A DNA stretch of 64,000 bases from an uncultured Methanosarcinaceae archaeon (GCA_963727895.1 CAVSHT010000005.1:64001-128000); one strand, 5' to 3'. Numbered from the stretch's first letter, positions 1 to 12,066 are shown. The notes: generated by a model not told the origin, from the sequence alone. Numbers and translations: made by a program.

Positions 1-380
1 AAATCAGGAAGATCATATACATGCCTGTATGTTGTGTAGAACAGCCCTTCTTTTCGATGGAAAGAAAGAGCTTCTACTCTTTCTATTGCCTTTGCGACAA
101 TGAGATATCCTTTGTCAGCAGGCTGTACAAATGTAATTTTAAGCAAATTTCCGGTTTTATACAGACTATCTTCAGATAAGTCTGATGCCTCTGTGCCACT
201 TTTTACAGTTAGACCGATGGCGTTTACAAATTCGGCATATTTCATTTCATTAAACAATATTTCGCCGGTAACTTCGTCAGCCATGAGTTTTATCCTGCTT
301 TTTGGGTAAGCTACTACATCAAAAAGGGGCACTACCAGTTTCTCTTGTTTTTCTCCGGTTTGTTCAGAATACATTGTCAT
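1..380 (-). CDS. lon: Bacterial-type ATP-dependent Lon protease (LonA), N-terminal domain; runs off the window edge
   Basis: Manual translation from the ATG at 380: MTMYSEQTGEKQEKLVVPLFDVVAYPKSRIKL...LYKTGNLLKITFVQ...YLIVAKAIERV. This fits the LON N-domain pattern (xPL..V.YP; LY..G). Absent from the ORF track because it is open at the edge. Confidence 0.7.
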   Translation of the reverse strand, partial: MTMYSEQTGEKQEKLVVPLFDVVAYPKSRIKLMADEVTGEILFNEMKYAEFVNAIGLTVKSGTEASDLSEDSLYKTGNLLKITFVQPADKGYLIVAKAIERVEALSFHRKEGLFYTTYRHVYDLPD

Positions 381-406
381 TCTTCTCAATTGTTGTTCCA
401 TATATT

Positions 407-427
407 TAGTTTTAATTTACCTAACTA
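407..427. promoter_or_regulatory. Putative MarR operator upstream of lon (TAGTT-N11-AACTA)
   Basis: Palindrome TAGTTTTAATTTACCTAACTA; a related copy lies at 883-903 upstream of marR. Confidence 0.45.
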
Positions 428-446
428 TTACTATGGACAAAAAAAA

Positions 447-866
447 TTATCTTATTTTCCCCAGAATTTTAATAAGCATGTCCATTTCGTTCTCATCCAG
501 TGAATTCGTTATCTTGTCAATAACCTGCAACAAAGCATTTTCTTCAGCATGTGCTATCATCTGCCCTTTTTCTGTCAGACGAATATAAAAAATTCTTCTA
601 TCGTCCTGGGATTTTTCTCTATATACACACTCCATTTTGACAAATTTATTAACCATCTCAGTAATGGTGGGCTTTGAATTTCTGGTGACTTTAGCAAGCT
701 TGCTAAATGTTGCTTCTCCGCATTCATCAATGGCCTTCAAGTATCCTATCTGCTTGATAGTAATATCCGATAATCCACATTCGGAGAAAATCTGACAGGA
801 GCATTCGCTTCTTATTTTGATCAGGTTTTCAAAAACTATGAACAAATGCTCTTTTTTCTCTTTCAT
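447..866 (-). CDS. MarR-family transcriptional regulator
   Basis: 139 aa, winged HTH with DDRRIFYIRLTEKG wing motif. Confidence 0.9.
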   Translation of the reverse strand: MKEKKEHLFIVFENLIKIRSECSCQIFSECGLSDITIKQIGYLKAIDECGEATFSKLAKVTRNSKPTITEMVNKFVKMECVYREKSQDDRRIFYIRLTEKGQMIAHAEENALLQVIDKITNSLDENEMDMLIKILGKIR

Positions 867-882
867 GCTGAATCCAGACCGT

Positions 883-903
883 TAGTTCGGTTATCCCTAA
901 TTA
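883..903. promoter_or_regulatory. Putative MarR autoregulatory operator next to a TATA box
   Basis: TAGTTCGGTTATCCCTAATTA, adjacent to TATATAA on the minus strand (about 901-907). Confidence 0.45.
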
Positions 904-3396
904 TATACTTGTTGGTTGGATAACCTTTGATCAGGGATTGTTAGGTTAACGTATGATAGTCCGTACTGAAAGAAGGGAATGATAAATAATTTTTAGAACT
1001 CAAACAAATTCAAAAGATTTAACTACCTCGTATCCTGATCTAGTTCTGGAAATATCAGCTCGAGGATTGGTAGGTAAAATGGCCCGTATATTTGTATCTT
1101 CTACTTTTAAGGATCTGGAAGAATGTCGGAAAAAAGTAAGTCTTGTACTACGACAGATGGGCCATGAAGGCGTAGCTATGGAATATTTCGTTACAGAAGA
1201 TTAAAGACCGCTTGATAAATGTCTCGACGAAGTAGCTTCTTCAGATCTTTATGTTGGTATTTTTGCCTGGAGATACAGGTACAGACCTCCGGGACAGGAT
1301 AGGTCAATTACGGAGCTTGAATATAGAAAAGCCGTGGAGTGTAGAAAAAATTGTTTGTTATTTTTGCTACACGAAGATGCTCCCTGGCCTCGAAAACTTA
1401 TGGATAAAGGTGATGATGCTTCGAAAATTGAGGGGTTAAAAAGTGAATTTTCTACCAATTGTATAGTCAGTTTCTTTGAATCCCCTGAAGACCTTGCTGG
1501 AAAGGTAGGAACTGCTGTTCATAATTGGGAAAAAGAAACTGGCATATCAATTTCAAAAAATGGAAGGATTAAAGAACTCAATCTCACACAGTACAGAGAA
1601 GCTGTCTCCAAAAGATACTGTAATATTGATCTCGATGCTCTAACTCCACCCAAAAAAGAAGATTATCTAAAGATCAAACTAAGTAGCGTGTTTGTCGAAC
1701 AAAATGTAAGAGAAAACCCGCCACCAGTCGAGCTTCCAAAAAAAATATGGAATAAAATGCATGAGGAATGGGACCCTGAAAAAGAATGTTTTCCAGAGGG
1801 CTTGACCGCAGATGATCTTAAACGCGCAAAAGAATCTTATTATTCAAAGGACTCAAAATCTGTACTCGATGTTGTAAGCGATGAAAGCAACAGATACATA
1901 GTAATTCTTGGAGATCCCGGTGCTGGAAAATCCACACTTACAAACTATATTATTCTATCAATATTACAAATTAACGACGATAAAAAGCTTTCCAGTCTTT
2001 TCAATTCTTATCTTCCCCTAAGAGTCGAACTCAGGGAATTTGCAGGCTTATGTGTAGAAAAAGAATGCAAGACTTTTCTTGACTATTTTCAGCACCTTTC
2101 AGAAACCGAAGGTTACAGTTTAACAAAAGAGGAAGTTGACAACTACCTCAAAAACGACGGTAAAGCAATAATCATCTTTGATGGGCTCGATGAGATTTTT
2201 GATCCCAAGGAATGGGAACGAATAAACCATATGATCGTGGGGTTTACACTTGATTACCCCAAAGTCAGAGTAATTGTAACTTCAAGGATTATAGGCTACA
2301 AACGTAAAATTCTTGATGATGCAGGTTTTGCTCACTTTACTCTTCAAGATTTCGAAAAAGAGCAGATAGGAACCTTCCTTGAGAAGTGGTATCCTTTTGT
2401 TGTTGATAAAAATGAAATTGAAAGCAGAAAATCAAGGATTCTGAGAGCCCTTAAAGATTCCCCTTCAATAAAACAGCTTGCAGGAAACCCTTTATTGCTT
2501 ACAATTCTGGCAATAATAGGCAAACATCAGGAACTTCCTAGGGAAAGATGGAAAGTTTTCGATCATGCTGCCAGTGTTCTTGTAGAAAACTGGGAAGTTA
2601 ACAAAAACCTGAAAAGAAGCTCTGTAGAAATGGATTTCATTGGGGAAGATGACAAAAAAGAGCTTCTTATGAGAATTGCCTTCAAAATGCAGTCCGGTCC
2701 CGATGGACTCGCAGGCAATTTTATTCATAGGAAAACGCTTCAGCAAGAAATTGAAGTTTATCTTCAGAATCGCTACCAAAAAGATCCCTCCGACTCAAAA
2801 GTAATAGCAGAATCGATTATTGACCAGCTAAGAAGAGTAAATTTTATCCTGTGCCTTTATGGAGCTGATTTTTATGGATTTGTCCACCGCACATTTCTTG
2901 AATATTTCTGTGCAATGGATATTGTTCAGAAGTTTGACAACCATGAGCTCAATATTAAAACCCTTAAATCGAATTATTTTGAAAAACACTGGGAAGACCC
3001 AACATGGCATGAAGTCCTGAGCCTTGTATGCGGTATGAAAGAAAAGTTTGCAGACGACATTATAAAATGCTTGATGAATGTATACGATCCCCAGTATTTT
3101 GGCAACAAACCTCCTCTTAATATCGTTTTAGCGATAAAATGTTTGAGCGAAATTCGAAATCCAAATGCAATTGGAGAAACAGCAAAAAAGCTGCTTGAAA
3201 GAGTACTCAAATTATTCGAAATGGTCCGCTGGACACAGGATATAAAGCAATTCCTTGCTGAAGAAGTTGTTCCGGCTGCAAAGCTAGTAGGTGATAGATG
3301 GCCTCATCAAGAGATTATTATTGATCAGTTTTCTCAAAGTCAGGCTTATATGCAATATTACTATTTTACTAGCTCTTCATATATTGATATATATCT

Positions 3397-4133
3397 GGCA
3401 TTGTTACTTAACTATATCTAGTTATTTATTTCTGTATTTCATCAATAGAAGAACCGAGTACTTTAGTATTTCAAGACTCTTCGCATAACACTCTGTCTTT
3501 CTTCTCAACCTTAATAGAAAGTGCCTCAATATGCTGTTATATTCCTCAACTGTAAATGTTTCTGCTTTTGATTTATGACTCTTTTCTGGAAGAAACTCTG
3601 CATATGCTCTCCAGTGATCGGTCATCACTTCTCCAATCTCTTTTTTCTTCAATTTTTCCCAGAGTAGTTTTCCAGTTTCCGTTCCTCTACTACCAAAAGA
3701 GCAGTTGATGAACTTTTTCCCAACTCTATCAACAGCAATCCAGATACAGCAATATTTTTTTTGTTACCGATGTAAGTGTGCATTTCATCCATTTCAACAA
3801 TAGACATCTCACTTTCACTTTTTAGGTTCTCTAACTCCTGATCAAATTTCTTTATCCATTTTTGGACAGAAACGTGACTTACCCCTAAAACTCTTCCTAT
3901 TGAGCGAAAGCCCAATCCTTCAAGATAGAGTTGTAAAGCCTGTCTTTTAACAGAGGCGGAAAAAGCAGTTGATTTTAGCTCTACTGTATAGTTATAGCCA
4001 CAATCAGAGCATTTGTACCGTTGACGCCCGCCAACTATACCGTTCTTTTTGTGACTAGAACTATTGCATCTGGGGCAGTTAATGAAGAAATATATGTTAT
4101 AAGCATATATATCTATTTTTGATTACCAATGCC
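3397..4133 (-). mobile_element. IS1-family element, copy 1 (defective: start codon ATG>ATT, 3-nt deletion)
   Basis: Ends GGCATTGTTAC.../...TTACCAATGCC; InsA zinc-ribbon/HTH and InsB DDE frames joined at an A8 slippery site; no target duplication. Confidence 0.9.
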
Positions 4134-4329
4134 AAAAATATATGAGCATATCCCGTGAATTGTTTTGGGAGTGAGTTCTAAATCACAAGAGTTACATGAA
4201 GAAGCACTGAGAAAAATAAAAAATAAGGCATATTCCAGTCTTCTGGGTGTTTTGATCTTAGGAAAATATGAGCCAAAAAACAAAGGCTTATTTTCTCTCT
4301 TTTCAGATCTATCAGCTAAAAGCAGATTT

Positions 4330-4985
4330 TATTTTGTAAGGATGAGGGCAGTTCAGGTACTTGCAAGGAGTTGGCATGACGATCCTGAAACACTCTAGTT
4401 TATAAAAAGGGCAACTGTAGATGAAGATAATGATGTCAGGAAGAGTGCAGTTGAGGAACTTGCATGGGGTTGGCATGACGATCTTGAAACATACAAGATT
4501 ATAAAACAGAGAGCAATGACAGACAAAAATAATGATGTCAGGATGAGTGCAGTCCAGGAGCTTGCAAAGGGCTGGCATGATGATCTTGAAACATACAAGA
4601 TTATAAAACAGAGAGCAATGACAGATAAAAATAATGATGTCAGAATGAGTGCAATTCAGGAATTTGCAAGGGGTTGGCATGATGATCCTGAAACACTAAA
4701 TATTATAAAACAGCTGGCAAAGACAGATAAATATAGTTATGTCAGGAAAAGTGCAGTTGAGGAACTCGCAAGGGGTTGGTATGATGATCCTGAAACACTA
4801 AATATTATAAAACAGAGGGCAACGATAGATGAAAGCTCAAATGTCAGGATGATTGCAGTCCAAGAACTCGCACAGGGTTGGTATGACGATCCTGAAACAC
4901 TAAATATTATTAAAGATCGTGCAATGAATGATGATCATTGGGATGTCAGACAGTCTGTAGTTCAGGAATTGAAAAAATGGTGGAG
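4330..4985 (+). repeat. 102-bp (34-aa) HEAT-repeat array, about 6.5 units
   Basis: VRxSAVQELAxGWxDDPETLxIIKQRAxxD units; GTCAGG recurs at 4435 and 4537. Confidence 0.85.
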
Positions 4986-5520
4986 TGAAGAGGCAGAAGA
5001 AAACATAGAAGAGAATGTTTTATCTGAAACCATAACAGATCCCTCTATTTCTGAATATGCAAACGTAGAAAATGTTAGTGAATATTTTTCTGGGGATGTA
5101 AAATCTGAAAATATTGAGGTTGATAATGTTCAAACTTCTTTGGACTCAACTGATTGTGATGATGAAAATACGGAAGTAACTGAAAACATTGAAATTCCTG
5201 AGAGAATAGGTGAAGAGAAAGTAAACAATCCTATCCAGGTGAAAAAAATTGCTGAATTAAAAGTGAATAGTGATTCTGACAATGTTGAAACTTTGCTTGT
5301 TTCTGTTTCCAAGCGTGAAAAAGAAAATAACTGAGTTGTGTTCAAATTTGATTTGATTATTCAAGTAGGGGTCCAATATGGAAAAAAAGATAGCCTGAAC
5401 TCTATTCCTTTCCTCTACTTCTGAAATCAAACTTTTCACAAACCAATATTTAGAATAATTGTTTCAAAAGCAATTTGAATCTGAATTACATACTTTCCAT
5501 ATCAAAAATAATGAGGTGAT

Positions 5521-5688
5521 ATGAATATGAACTGCGGAGATTTGAAAATAGGGCAGACTCTTCATTGTGATGCTTGTGGTTTTGAACTTCAGGTAGTAAA
5601 GGAGTGTGGAGATGCATCCTGCTCTACTGACACCTGCTGTACAGGCAACGTAACGTGCTGCGGAGAACCAATGAAATTAAAACAATAA
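5521..5688 (+). CDS. Small Cys-rich desulforedoxin-like metal-binding protein (55 aa, 9 Cys)
   Basis: GAGGTGA SD then MNMNCGDLKIGQTLHCDACGFELQVVKECGDASCSTDTCCTGNVTCCGEPMKLKQ*; CxxCG...CCGEPM signature. Confidence 0.75.
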   Translation: MNMNCGDLKIGQTLHCDACGFELQVVKECGDASCSTDTCCTGNVTCCGEPMKLKQ

Positions 5689-5703
5689 GCTTTGCAAACA
5701 AAC

Positions 5704-5844
5704 GGTTCTGTAGAAATCCTCAATATTCAGGCAAAAATCAAAGTTAACAAGAATTCAAAAAGTATTAAAAGTATTATCACTGATTGGATAGATTTGCCGG
5801 TTTCAACTTGCTGACAGTGAATTTGATAGGTTTTCTATAGAACC
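5704..5844. mobile_element. MITE-like element (141 bp) with imperfect terminal inverted repeats
   Basis: Left end GGTTCTGTAGAAATCCT..ATTCA; right end reverse-complements to GGTTCTATAGAAAACCT..ATTCA; no ORF inside. Confidence 0.55.
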
Positions 5845-6208
5845 TGTTTAGGGAAAAATATGACAGTGTTCTAAATTAATACTAAGGTGTTCAAAATTTT
5901 CTACAAATTTAAAGTCAAAATCTTGTGTACTTAGCATGATTCGGTCCTCTTAATATTGAATTCTTAAACCATCAACTTTTTAAGATTTCTAATTTTACAG
6001 AAAAATTGGCACACTTCTATTTTTAAGCTACTAACTTATTAATAGGTATACTCTTACGAAACTTTCTCTACTTAGTTAACAAATTAAAATTATTTAATAA
6101 AAATAGAATAATGTTATTTTTTATTTTCAATGTTTTTCATACAAGGATAATATTTTGTAATATCATGTTTTTAATTCTTTTTCATTACAATAGTTAAGAA
6201 TTTACCTG

Positions 6209-7713
6209 TTGAGGTTTGAAATGAAAGAAATAAAACATGATAAAATATACAGAGGTAATATCTTCATTTTAGAAATAATATTATTGGCATTTTTAATGGT
6301 AATAAATATAGCAGACGCAGCACCATATGCATATATTGCAAACCAGGGTGATAACACTGTTTCTGTAATTGATACTGCAAACGACGCTGTTACAGCTACC
6401 ATACCTGTAGGAAATGGTCCTCTTGCAGTTGCAATAAGTCCAGACGGAAAAAAGGCATATGTGGCGAATTATCAAAGCGATACCATATCAGTAATTGATA
6501 CAGCCACTAATACTGTTACTTCTACAGTGACAGTAGGAGATAATCCTTATGGAATAGCAGTTTCTCCAGATGGAGAAAGACTATATGTTGCAAAAATGAA
6601 CAGTGACGCCATTTCTGTAATTGACACTACGACAAACGCTATTATAGCCACAGTGAAAACAAATGGTAGTCCCAGGGGAATTGCAGTCAGTCCAGATGGA
6701 TCTAAAGTATATGTAGCGAACTATAACAGTGCCTGTATTTCCGTAATTAGTACTGAAACAAACACTGTTACATCTACAGTAGATGTAGGAAATTATCCTT
6801 GTGGAATTGCAATCAGTCCAGATGGATCTAAAATATATGTAACAAACACCTACGATGATGACACAGTATATGTCATTGATACAGCAACTAATAGTGTTGT
6901 AGGCACTATACCGGTGGGGTCCAGACCTCTTGGAATTGCAGTCAGTCCAGATGGATCTAAAGTACATGTAGCGAATAATGGAGGCAATACTACTTCTATA
7001 ATTGATACAACCACTGATACTGTTACAGCTACTGTGAATATAGGATATGCACCTGAAGGAATTGCAGTTACTCCAAATGGGTCTAAAGTATATGTAACGA
7101 ATTATGGAAGCAATAACGTCTATGTAATTAATACAGATAATAATAACGTTATATCCAGAATCAGTGTTGGAAAACGTCCAATCTCCATTGGGAAGTTTAT
7201 AAGTCCACTAACAGTATCGGTACTTCCTGTTGCAAACTTCAGTGCTAACATAACTAGTGGTACTGTTCCTTTAACGGTACAGTTTACAGATATTTCTGAA
7301 AATTCAACGTCATGGAGCTGGGACTTTGGAGATGGTACATTTTCAACCCAAAAAGATCCTGTACACACGTATAGTAAGGCAGGAAAATACACTGTGAGTT
7401 TAACGGTCACAAATAACGTAGGGAGCAATACGGCAACAAAAACCAGCTATATTATTGTGACTGATTTAACAGCTCCAATTGCTGCTTTTTCTGCATCTCC
7501 AACATCAGGCAGTGCTCCATTAAAAGTGAAATTTACTGACAAAAGCACAGGGTCACCTACTTCATGGAGATGGAGCTTTGGAGATGGAGCAGTAAAATCT
7601 TCACAAAATCCAATACATACATATTCACAGGCGGGAACTTACACGGTAAAGCTTACAGTAACAAATTCAGCAGGCAGTAATACGACAATAAGTTCTGTTA
7701 CCGTTAAATCTCC
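6209..7713 (+). CDS. YVTN beta-propeller plus two PKD-domain cell-surface protein; C-terminus cut by IS6 (ORF reads through to 7834)
   Basis: Signal peptide, seven PxGIAVSPDGxKxYV repeats, two W(D/S)FGDG PKD domains; the IS6 inverted repeat starts at 7714. Confidence 0.9.
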
Positions 7714-8570
7714 GGTTCTGTTGCAAAAAATCATAATAAGGATTCAATTGAATAAGGAGAAAATCAATAGAACGATAATATGCTATCTAATTCCTTTAAG
7801 TGGAAACATTACGAAGGAGAAATTATTTTATTGAATGTTAGATGGTACTTAAAATACCCACTTAGTTATAGAAATTTAAAGGAAATGATGGCAGAAAGAG
7901 GGATAATAGTCAACCATACAACTATTATGAGATGGGTACATCAATATTCACCTGAAATCGAAAAGAAGGTCAGAAGGCATTTAAGACCAACAAACGACTC
8001 TTGGAGAGTTGATGAAACTTATATCAGAGTTAAAGGTGAATGGAAATATTTTTACCGAGCAGTTGACTCAAATGGAGATACAATTGATTTCATGTTAAGT
8101 GCAAAACGAGATCAAAAAGCAGCAAAACGTTTCTTTAAGAAAGCTTTGAATTCTAATCATAATCAAATTCCAAGAGTAATCACAGTTGATAAAAATCCAG
8201 CTTATCCACCTGCTATAGATAAACTGAAAAATGATAAAATACTACCTATAAACGTAGGCATTCGACAAATCAAGTATTTGAATAACATTATAGAACAAGA
8301 TCATAGATCCATTAAACGAATAGTTAATCCAATGTTAGGATTTCAGTCTTTTAACACAGCTATTAAGACTTTAAAAGGAATTGAAGCTATGAATATGATT
8401 AAAAAAGGACAAATCAAAAACCTAAATTACTCTGGCTTTAATGAAGCTAAATATATTAATCAATTATTTGGAATAGTTCTATAATATTGACACATCTTTT
8501 TGAATATTTGTACTTTTGTTTATTGATTATGGATTTACATGCTTATTCTGAGATTTTTTGCAACGGAACC
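7714..8570 (+). mobile_element. IS6-family element, copy A (857 bp; transposase 7780-8484)
   Basis: IRs GGTTCTGTTGCAAAA / TTTTGCAACGGAACC; 234-aa DDE transposase (WRVDETY, VITVDK, NNIIEQDHR). Confidence 0.95.
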
Positions 8571-8638
8571 GTATTTCCTCCAATATCAATTTCAACTTCT
8601 TTGCCCAGATAATACTTTTCAATGAACTCCTGCTCCAT
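8571..8638 (-). pseudogene. 5' fragment of a small Sm-like (MM0924-family-like) protein cut by IS6
   Basis: GAGG SD then MEQEFIEKYYLGKEVEIDIGGN, ending at the IS6 inverted repeat. Confidence 0.45.
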
Positions 8639-9589
8639 TTTCCTCAACTCCCAATCTTACATTTACAGATAAATCCAGAGAAAAACAATTTTCAGGACAT
8701 ACGTTAAACTAATTAACTATCTCCTGAAAGCCACATGTGTTGGCATGTTTTCGAGAGAATATTTTTACATATAACTTCGTCGGAATGCAATATATATGCT
8801 AGCGTTAGATAGAACATCTGAATGTATCGATAAATACATTTACTTTTTAAAAGTGGTATACTTACCCTGTTTTAAGAGTAAAGTAAAAATGGGTTTGCAC
8901 TCCGCCCGGTGTCTGTTTTTCAGGGTTTTAGCTGTGTTTTTATCGCGATGGTTTATTTGTATTCATATCGCCAAAATATGCACAAAGAAACTTATTATTA
9001 TATGTACTTCTCTATAATTCTAAAATAATGTTACTTCAATAAATCATCTTTATTTATATATTAATAAATAAGAGGAAAATTTTGACAATATTCATTGGGA
9101 ATGGTTTGTACAAGGTTTTTTGGGTATCATTTCTTCTTTTGCTGAAAGTATTATAACTATAATAGCTGTTCCCAATAAGATAATAATATTTTGCGAATGG
9201 GTAACACACGGAGATAGAAAAGGAAAAATTACCCATTCGCATTTTTATGGTGTAAATGACGTGCGCTTGTTAAGCGCTTCATCGTGATGTTTGATGGTAG
9301 GCAAAGGCAGAGACTGGAGAACTGCCCACATAGTTATTATGCCTTGTGGTGTTTTAGGTGGGGAGTGCCCCTGAACCCACCTATTTCTTTTTAAAACACC
9401 TGTTGATAGAAGGTCACACATGACTCATACAATATATGTATATTTATTAGTATATATTTAAAGATTATCTTATTAATATTTAAACTTGTTTTTATTTACT
9501 TCAATCTACATATTTTATGTTCTTTACTTGATGACGTTAGAGACGATACTCATAGATAAATCGATTTTCAGCTATTTTTTGTATTAGCC

Positions 9590-10498
9590 CTAAGGTGACA
9601 ATAATATAGCTAAATGGGACAGAGCTTCAAAACCTGAAACAACTTCGAACAGCTCTTCATCAATACCGCTCTGTCGCACACGGTAGTATTCTCCACTTAG
9701 ATAATCGAGCAACTCATCGATATTTTTATCGGCTCTCTGCATTGATGCAAGACGACTAGAGTTTTCACTTGCAAGAGATTCGGCACATGCTCTAAAAAGT
9801 GAAACGAAAAGATACTCATGGATAAGTGCTCGCAAAGTCTCTGTGATATCACCCATAACTTCAGGTAGCAAGTTTTTGGTCGGCCAGGAAAGCTTGGTCA
9901 GGTCATCTCTCCAGGTTTCATCAAATGGTAATAACCGTTGACTAACTGGTTCGTAGGTAACTCTGGTTTTATGTCGGTTATAATAAAGATAAAGTTCGGC
10001 ATCTTCATCCTGAATGCGAAGTTTTTCATTTTCCACAAGAATTTGCGCGATAAGTGGAGTGATAGCTCTAACAGAATTTGGCACATTATAAAGTCCAATA
10101 GGTTTCAATCCTTTTTCTACCAGGCGTGAATAAATACGTTCCCCAACAGCCCAAACCTGAACTTTACCTGAAAAAGCTTCTAGTTCTTTCACAGCATAAT
10201 CAGTTATTATGTCATTAAACTGACCAACAAGCCCCTGGTCTGAACCGAAAACGACAGCTCCAATGAGACGTGAATTTTTTTGTCTTTTTTCTTCTGTCGG
10301 AGCAGGCATGAGTGCAATTTTTCGAAAACATAAACCCAAACCCAGTTCTACTGTGTTATAATAATCAGATAACGCACTAACTGATTTTTCATATTGTCCT
10401 ATGTTCGAGGCTGCCAGAGCTTTCATTGTACGGACGACAGACTGAAGATCTTTTGCTCTATCGATCTTTGTTCGCAGGCTCTGTACGGTTTCGCTCAT
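9590..10498 (-). CDS. atpG: N-type (F-type) ATPase gamma subunit
   Basis: [42 protein letters not shown] motifs. Confidence 0.95.
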   Translation of the reverse strand: MSETVQSLRTKIDRAKDLQSVVRTMKALAASNIGQYEKSVSALSDYYNTVELGLGLCFRKIALMPAPTEEKRQKNSRLIGAVVFGSDQGLVGQFNDIITDYAVKELEAFSGKVQVWAVGERIYSRLVEKGLKPIGLYNVPNSVRAITPLIAQILVENEKLRIQDEDAELYLYYNRHKTRVTYEPVSQRLLPFDETWRDDLTKLSWPTKNLLPEVMGDITETLRALIHEYLFVSLFRACAESLASENSSRLASMQRADKNIDELLDYLSGEYYRVRQSGIDEELFEVVSGFEALSHLAILLSP

Positions 10499-12066
10499 GA
10501 TTTCTCCTTAACTTCTGGCTTAGATTCAAATTCAGGCATTGGCTGGTAATGTACCAATGCTTGGCTGGCAATGTCGAGAATAATTTCGAGATCTTTGTCG
10601 CTCAATTTTTTATTTTCTTTAAACCGATCAAGCACATCTGAAGGAATATTTGGCACTGCTTTACGAAGGGATATTTCAGCGTCTTCCATTTTTTCAAGTG
10701 GAACATTATCGAAGAGTTTTGCATTCAATGCAACAAGGATAACAATCTGATCGAGCACGGGTACCGGAGAGTTTTGAGGCTGTTTTAAAATTGCACGGAT
10801 CCGTCTCCCATGCTCAATGACTTTACGTGTATTTTCGTCAAGCCTTGCTCCGAATCGGGTAAAAGATTCCAGTTCTTCAAATTGTGAATAGGCAAGTTTG
10901 AGGTCTCCAGCTACTGCTCTATAGGCATCAAGCTGTGCTTTACCGCCTACACGAGATACGGATTTTCCTACATCGACTGCAGGTAATACACCCAGTTCAA
11001 AAAGCGAGGGTGAAAGGTAAATCTGCCCGTCCGTAATTGAAATCAGATTCGTTGGGATATAAGCGGAAATATTTTGTGCTTCGGTTTCGACAATAGGAAG
11101 GGCAGTTAATGAACCACCACCAAGTTCTTTAAGCAAGTGAGTAGACCGCTCAAGCAGCCGTGAATGAATATAAAAGATGTCGCCAGGGTAAGCTTCTCGT
11201 CCAGGAGGACGACGAAGTAAAAGAGAAAGTTCTCGATATGCACGTGCATGATTGGTTAAATCATCGTAAACAATAAGCACGTCTCGACCTGCTTCCATAA
11301 AATACTCTGCAATGCTGGTTGCAGCATAAGGAGCGATATATATCAGTCCAGAGGGGTCATTGCCTTCAGTTACAACAACAACTGTATAGTCCAATGCACC
11401 TCTTTCCCTCAAAGTTGCCACTGCTCTGGCAACGGCAGATGCACGCTGACCAATAGCACAATAAACGCACAGGATGTTAAAATTTCGCTGGTTGAGGATA
11501 GTATCAATTGCAATTGCAGTTTTACCAGTCTGGCGGTCCCCTAAAATCAATTCTCTCTGACCACGTCCAATCGGGATTAACGCATCAATAACTTTGATAC
11601 CTGTCTGAAGAGGTACAGTAACAGGAGATCGATCCATAATTGCCGGACTGGAACGTTCGATAGGCAAACGCTTACTGGAAACTACTGGTCCTTTGTCATC
11701 AAGTGGACGTCCGAGTGGGTCAATAACTCTTCCAATCAATTCTTCACCTACAGCAACATCCATAACCCGTCGAGTGCGTTCAACCTGATCTCCTGCATGC
11801 AGATGTGAATATTCACCCAGTAGAACGGTGCCTATTTCTTTTTCATCAACATTAAACGCAATTCCAAACAAATCACCTGGAAACTTTATCAATTCATCGA
11901 AACCTACATTCGGAAGACCAGAAACATTTGCAATCCCTGTAGAAACTGTCAAAATCCTGCCTATCTCCTGAGGAGTAAACTCTGGAGTAAATGTTTTCCG
12001 TGCCTCCTGGATTTCATTAAAAACGTTGTCGAATATATCCTTAAGACTTTTAGGTTCCATATCCAT
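10495..12066 (-). CDS. atpA: N-type ATPase alpha subunit
   Basis: GDRQTGKT Walker [20 protein letters not shown]. Confidence 0.97.
   Translation of the reverse strand: MDMEPKSLKDIFDNVFNEIQEARKTFTPEFTPQEIGRILTVSTGIANVSGLPNVGFDELIKFPGDLFGIAFNVDEKEIGTVLLGEYSHLHAGDQVERTRRVMDVAVGEELIGRVIDPLGRPLDDKGPVVSSKRLPIERSSPAIMDRSPVTVPLQTGIKVIDALIPIGRGQRELILGDRQTGKTAIAIDTILNQRNFNILCVYCAIGQRASAVARAVATLRERGALDYTVVVVTEGNDPSGLIYIAPYAATSIAEYFMEAGRDVLIVYDDLTNHARAYRELSLLLRRPPGREAYPGDIFYIHSRLLERSTHLLKELGGGSLTALPIVETEAQNISAYIPTNLISITDGQIYLSPSLFELGVLPAVDVGKSVSRVGGKAQLDAYRAVAGDLKLAYSQFEELESFTRFGARLDENTRKVIEHGRRIRAILKQPQNSPVPVLDQIVILVALNAKLFDNVPLEKMEDAEISLRKAVPNIPSDVLDRFKENKKLSDKDLEIILDIASQALVHYQPMPEFESKPEVKEKS

Larger units (their letters stand above)
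1079..5334 (+). pseudogene. DUF4062 (TIR/SLOG-like) - NACHT NTPase - HEAT-repeat protein, disrupted
   Basis: ATG at 1079 gives MARIFVSSTFKDLEECR...ITELEY (DUF4062), with in-frame TAA at 1202-1204. The same frame continues into a NACHT domain (GDPGAGKS, IIIFDGLDE, VTSR, GNPLLL, FVHRTFLEYF). IS1 occupies 3397-4133. Further stops: TGA 4156-4158 and TAG 4396-4398. HEAT repeats and an acidic tail run to 5334. Confidence 0.85.

Noticed and set aside
4396..4398. In-frame TAG in the HEAT array as programmed pyrrolysine
   Set aside because: Amber readthrough is possible in Methanosarcina, but the gene also has TAA, TGA and an IS insertion; a nonsense mutation is simpler
4330..4985. Possible CRISPR or DGR-like repeats
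   Set aside because: The 102-bp period is in-frame protein HEAT repeats; there is no reverse transcriptase and no adenine-specific variation
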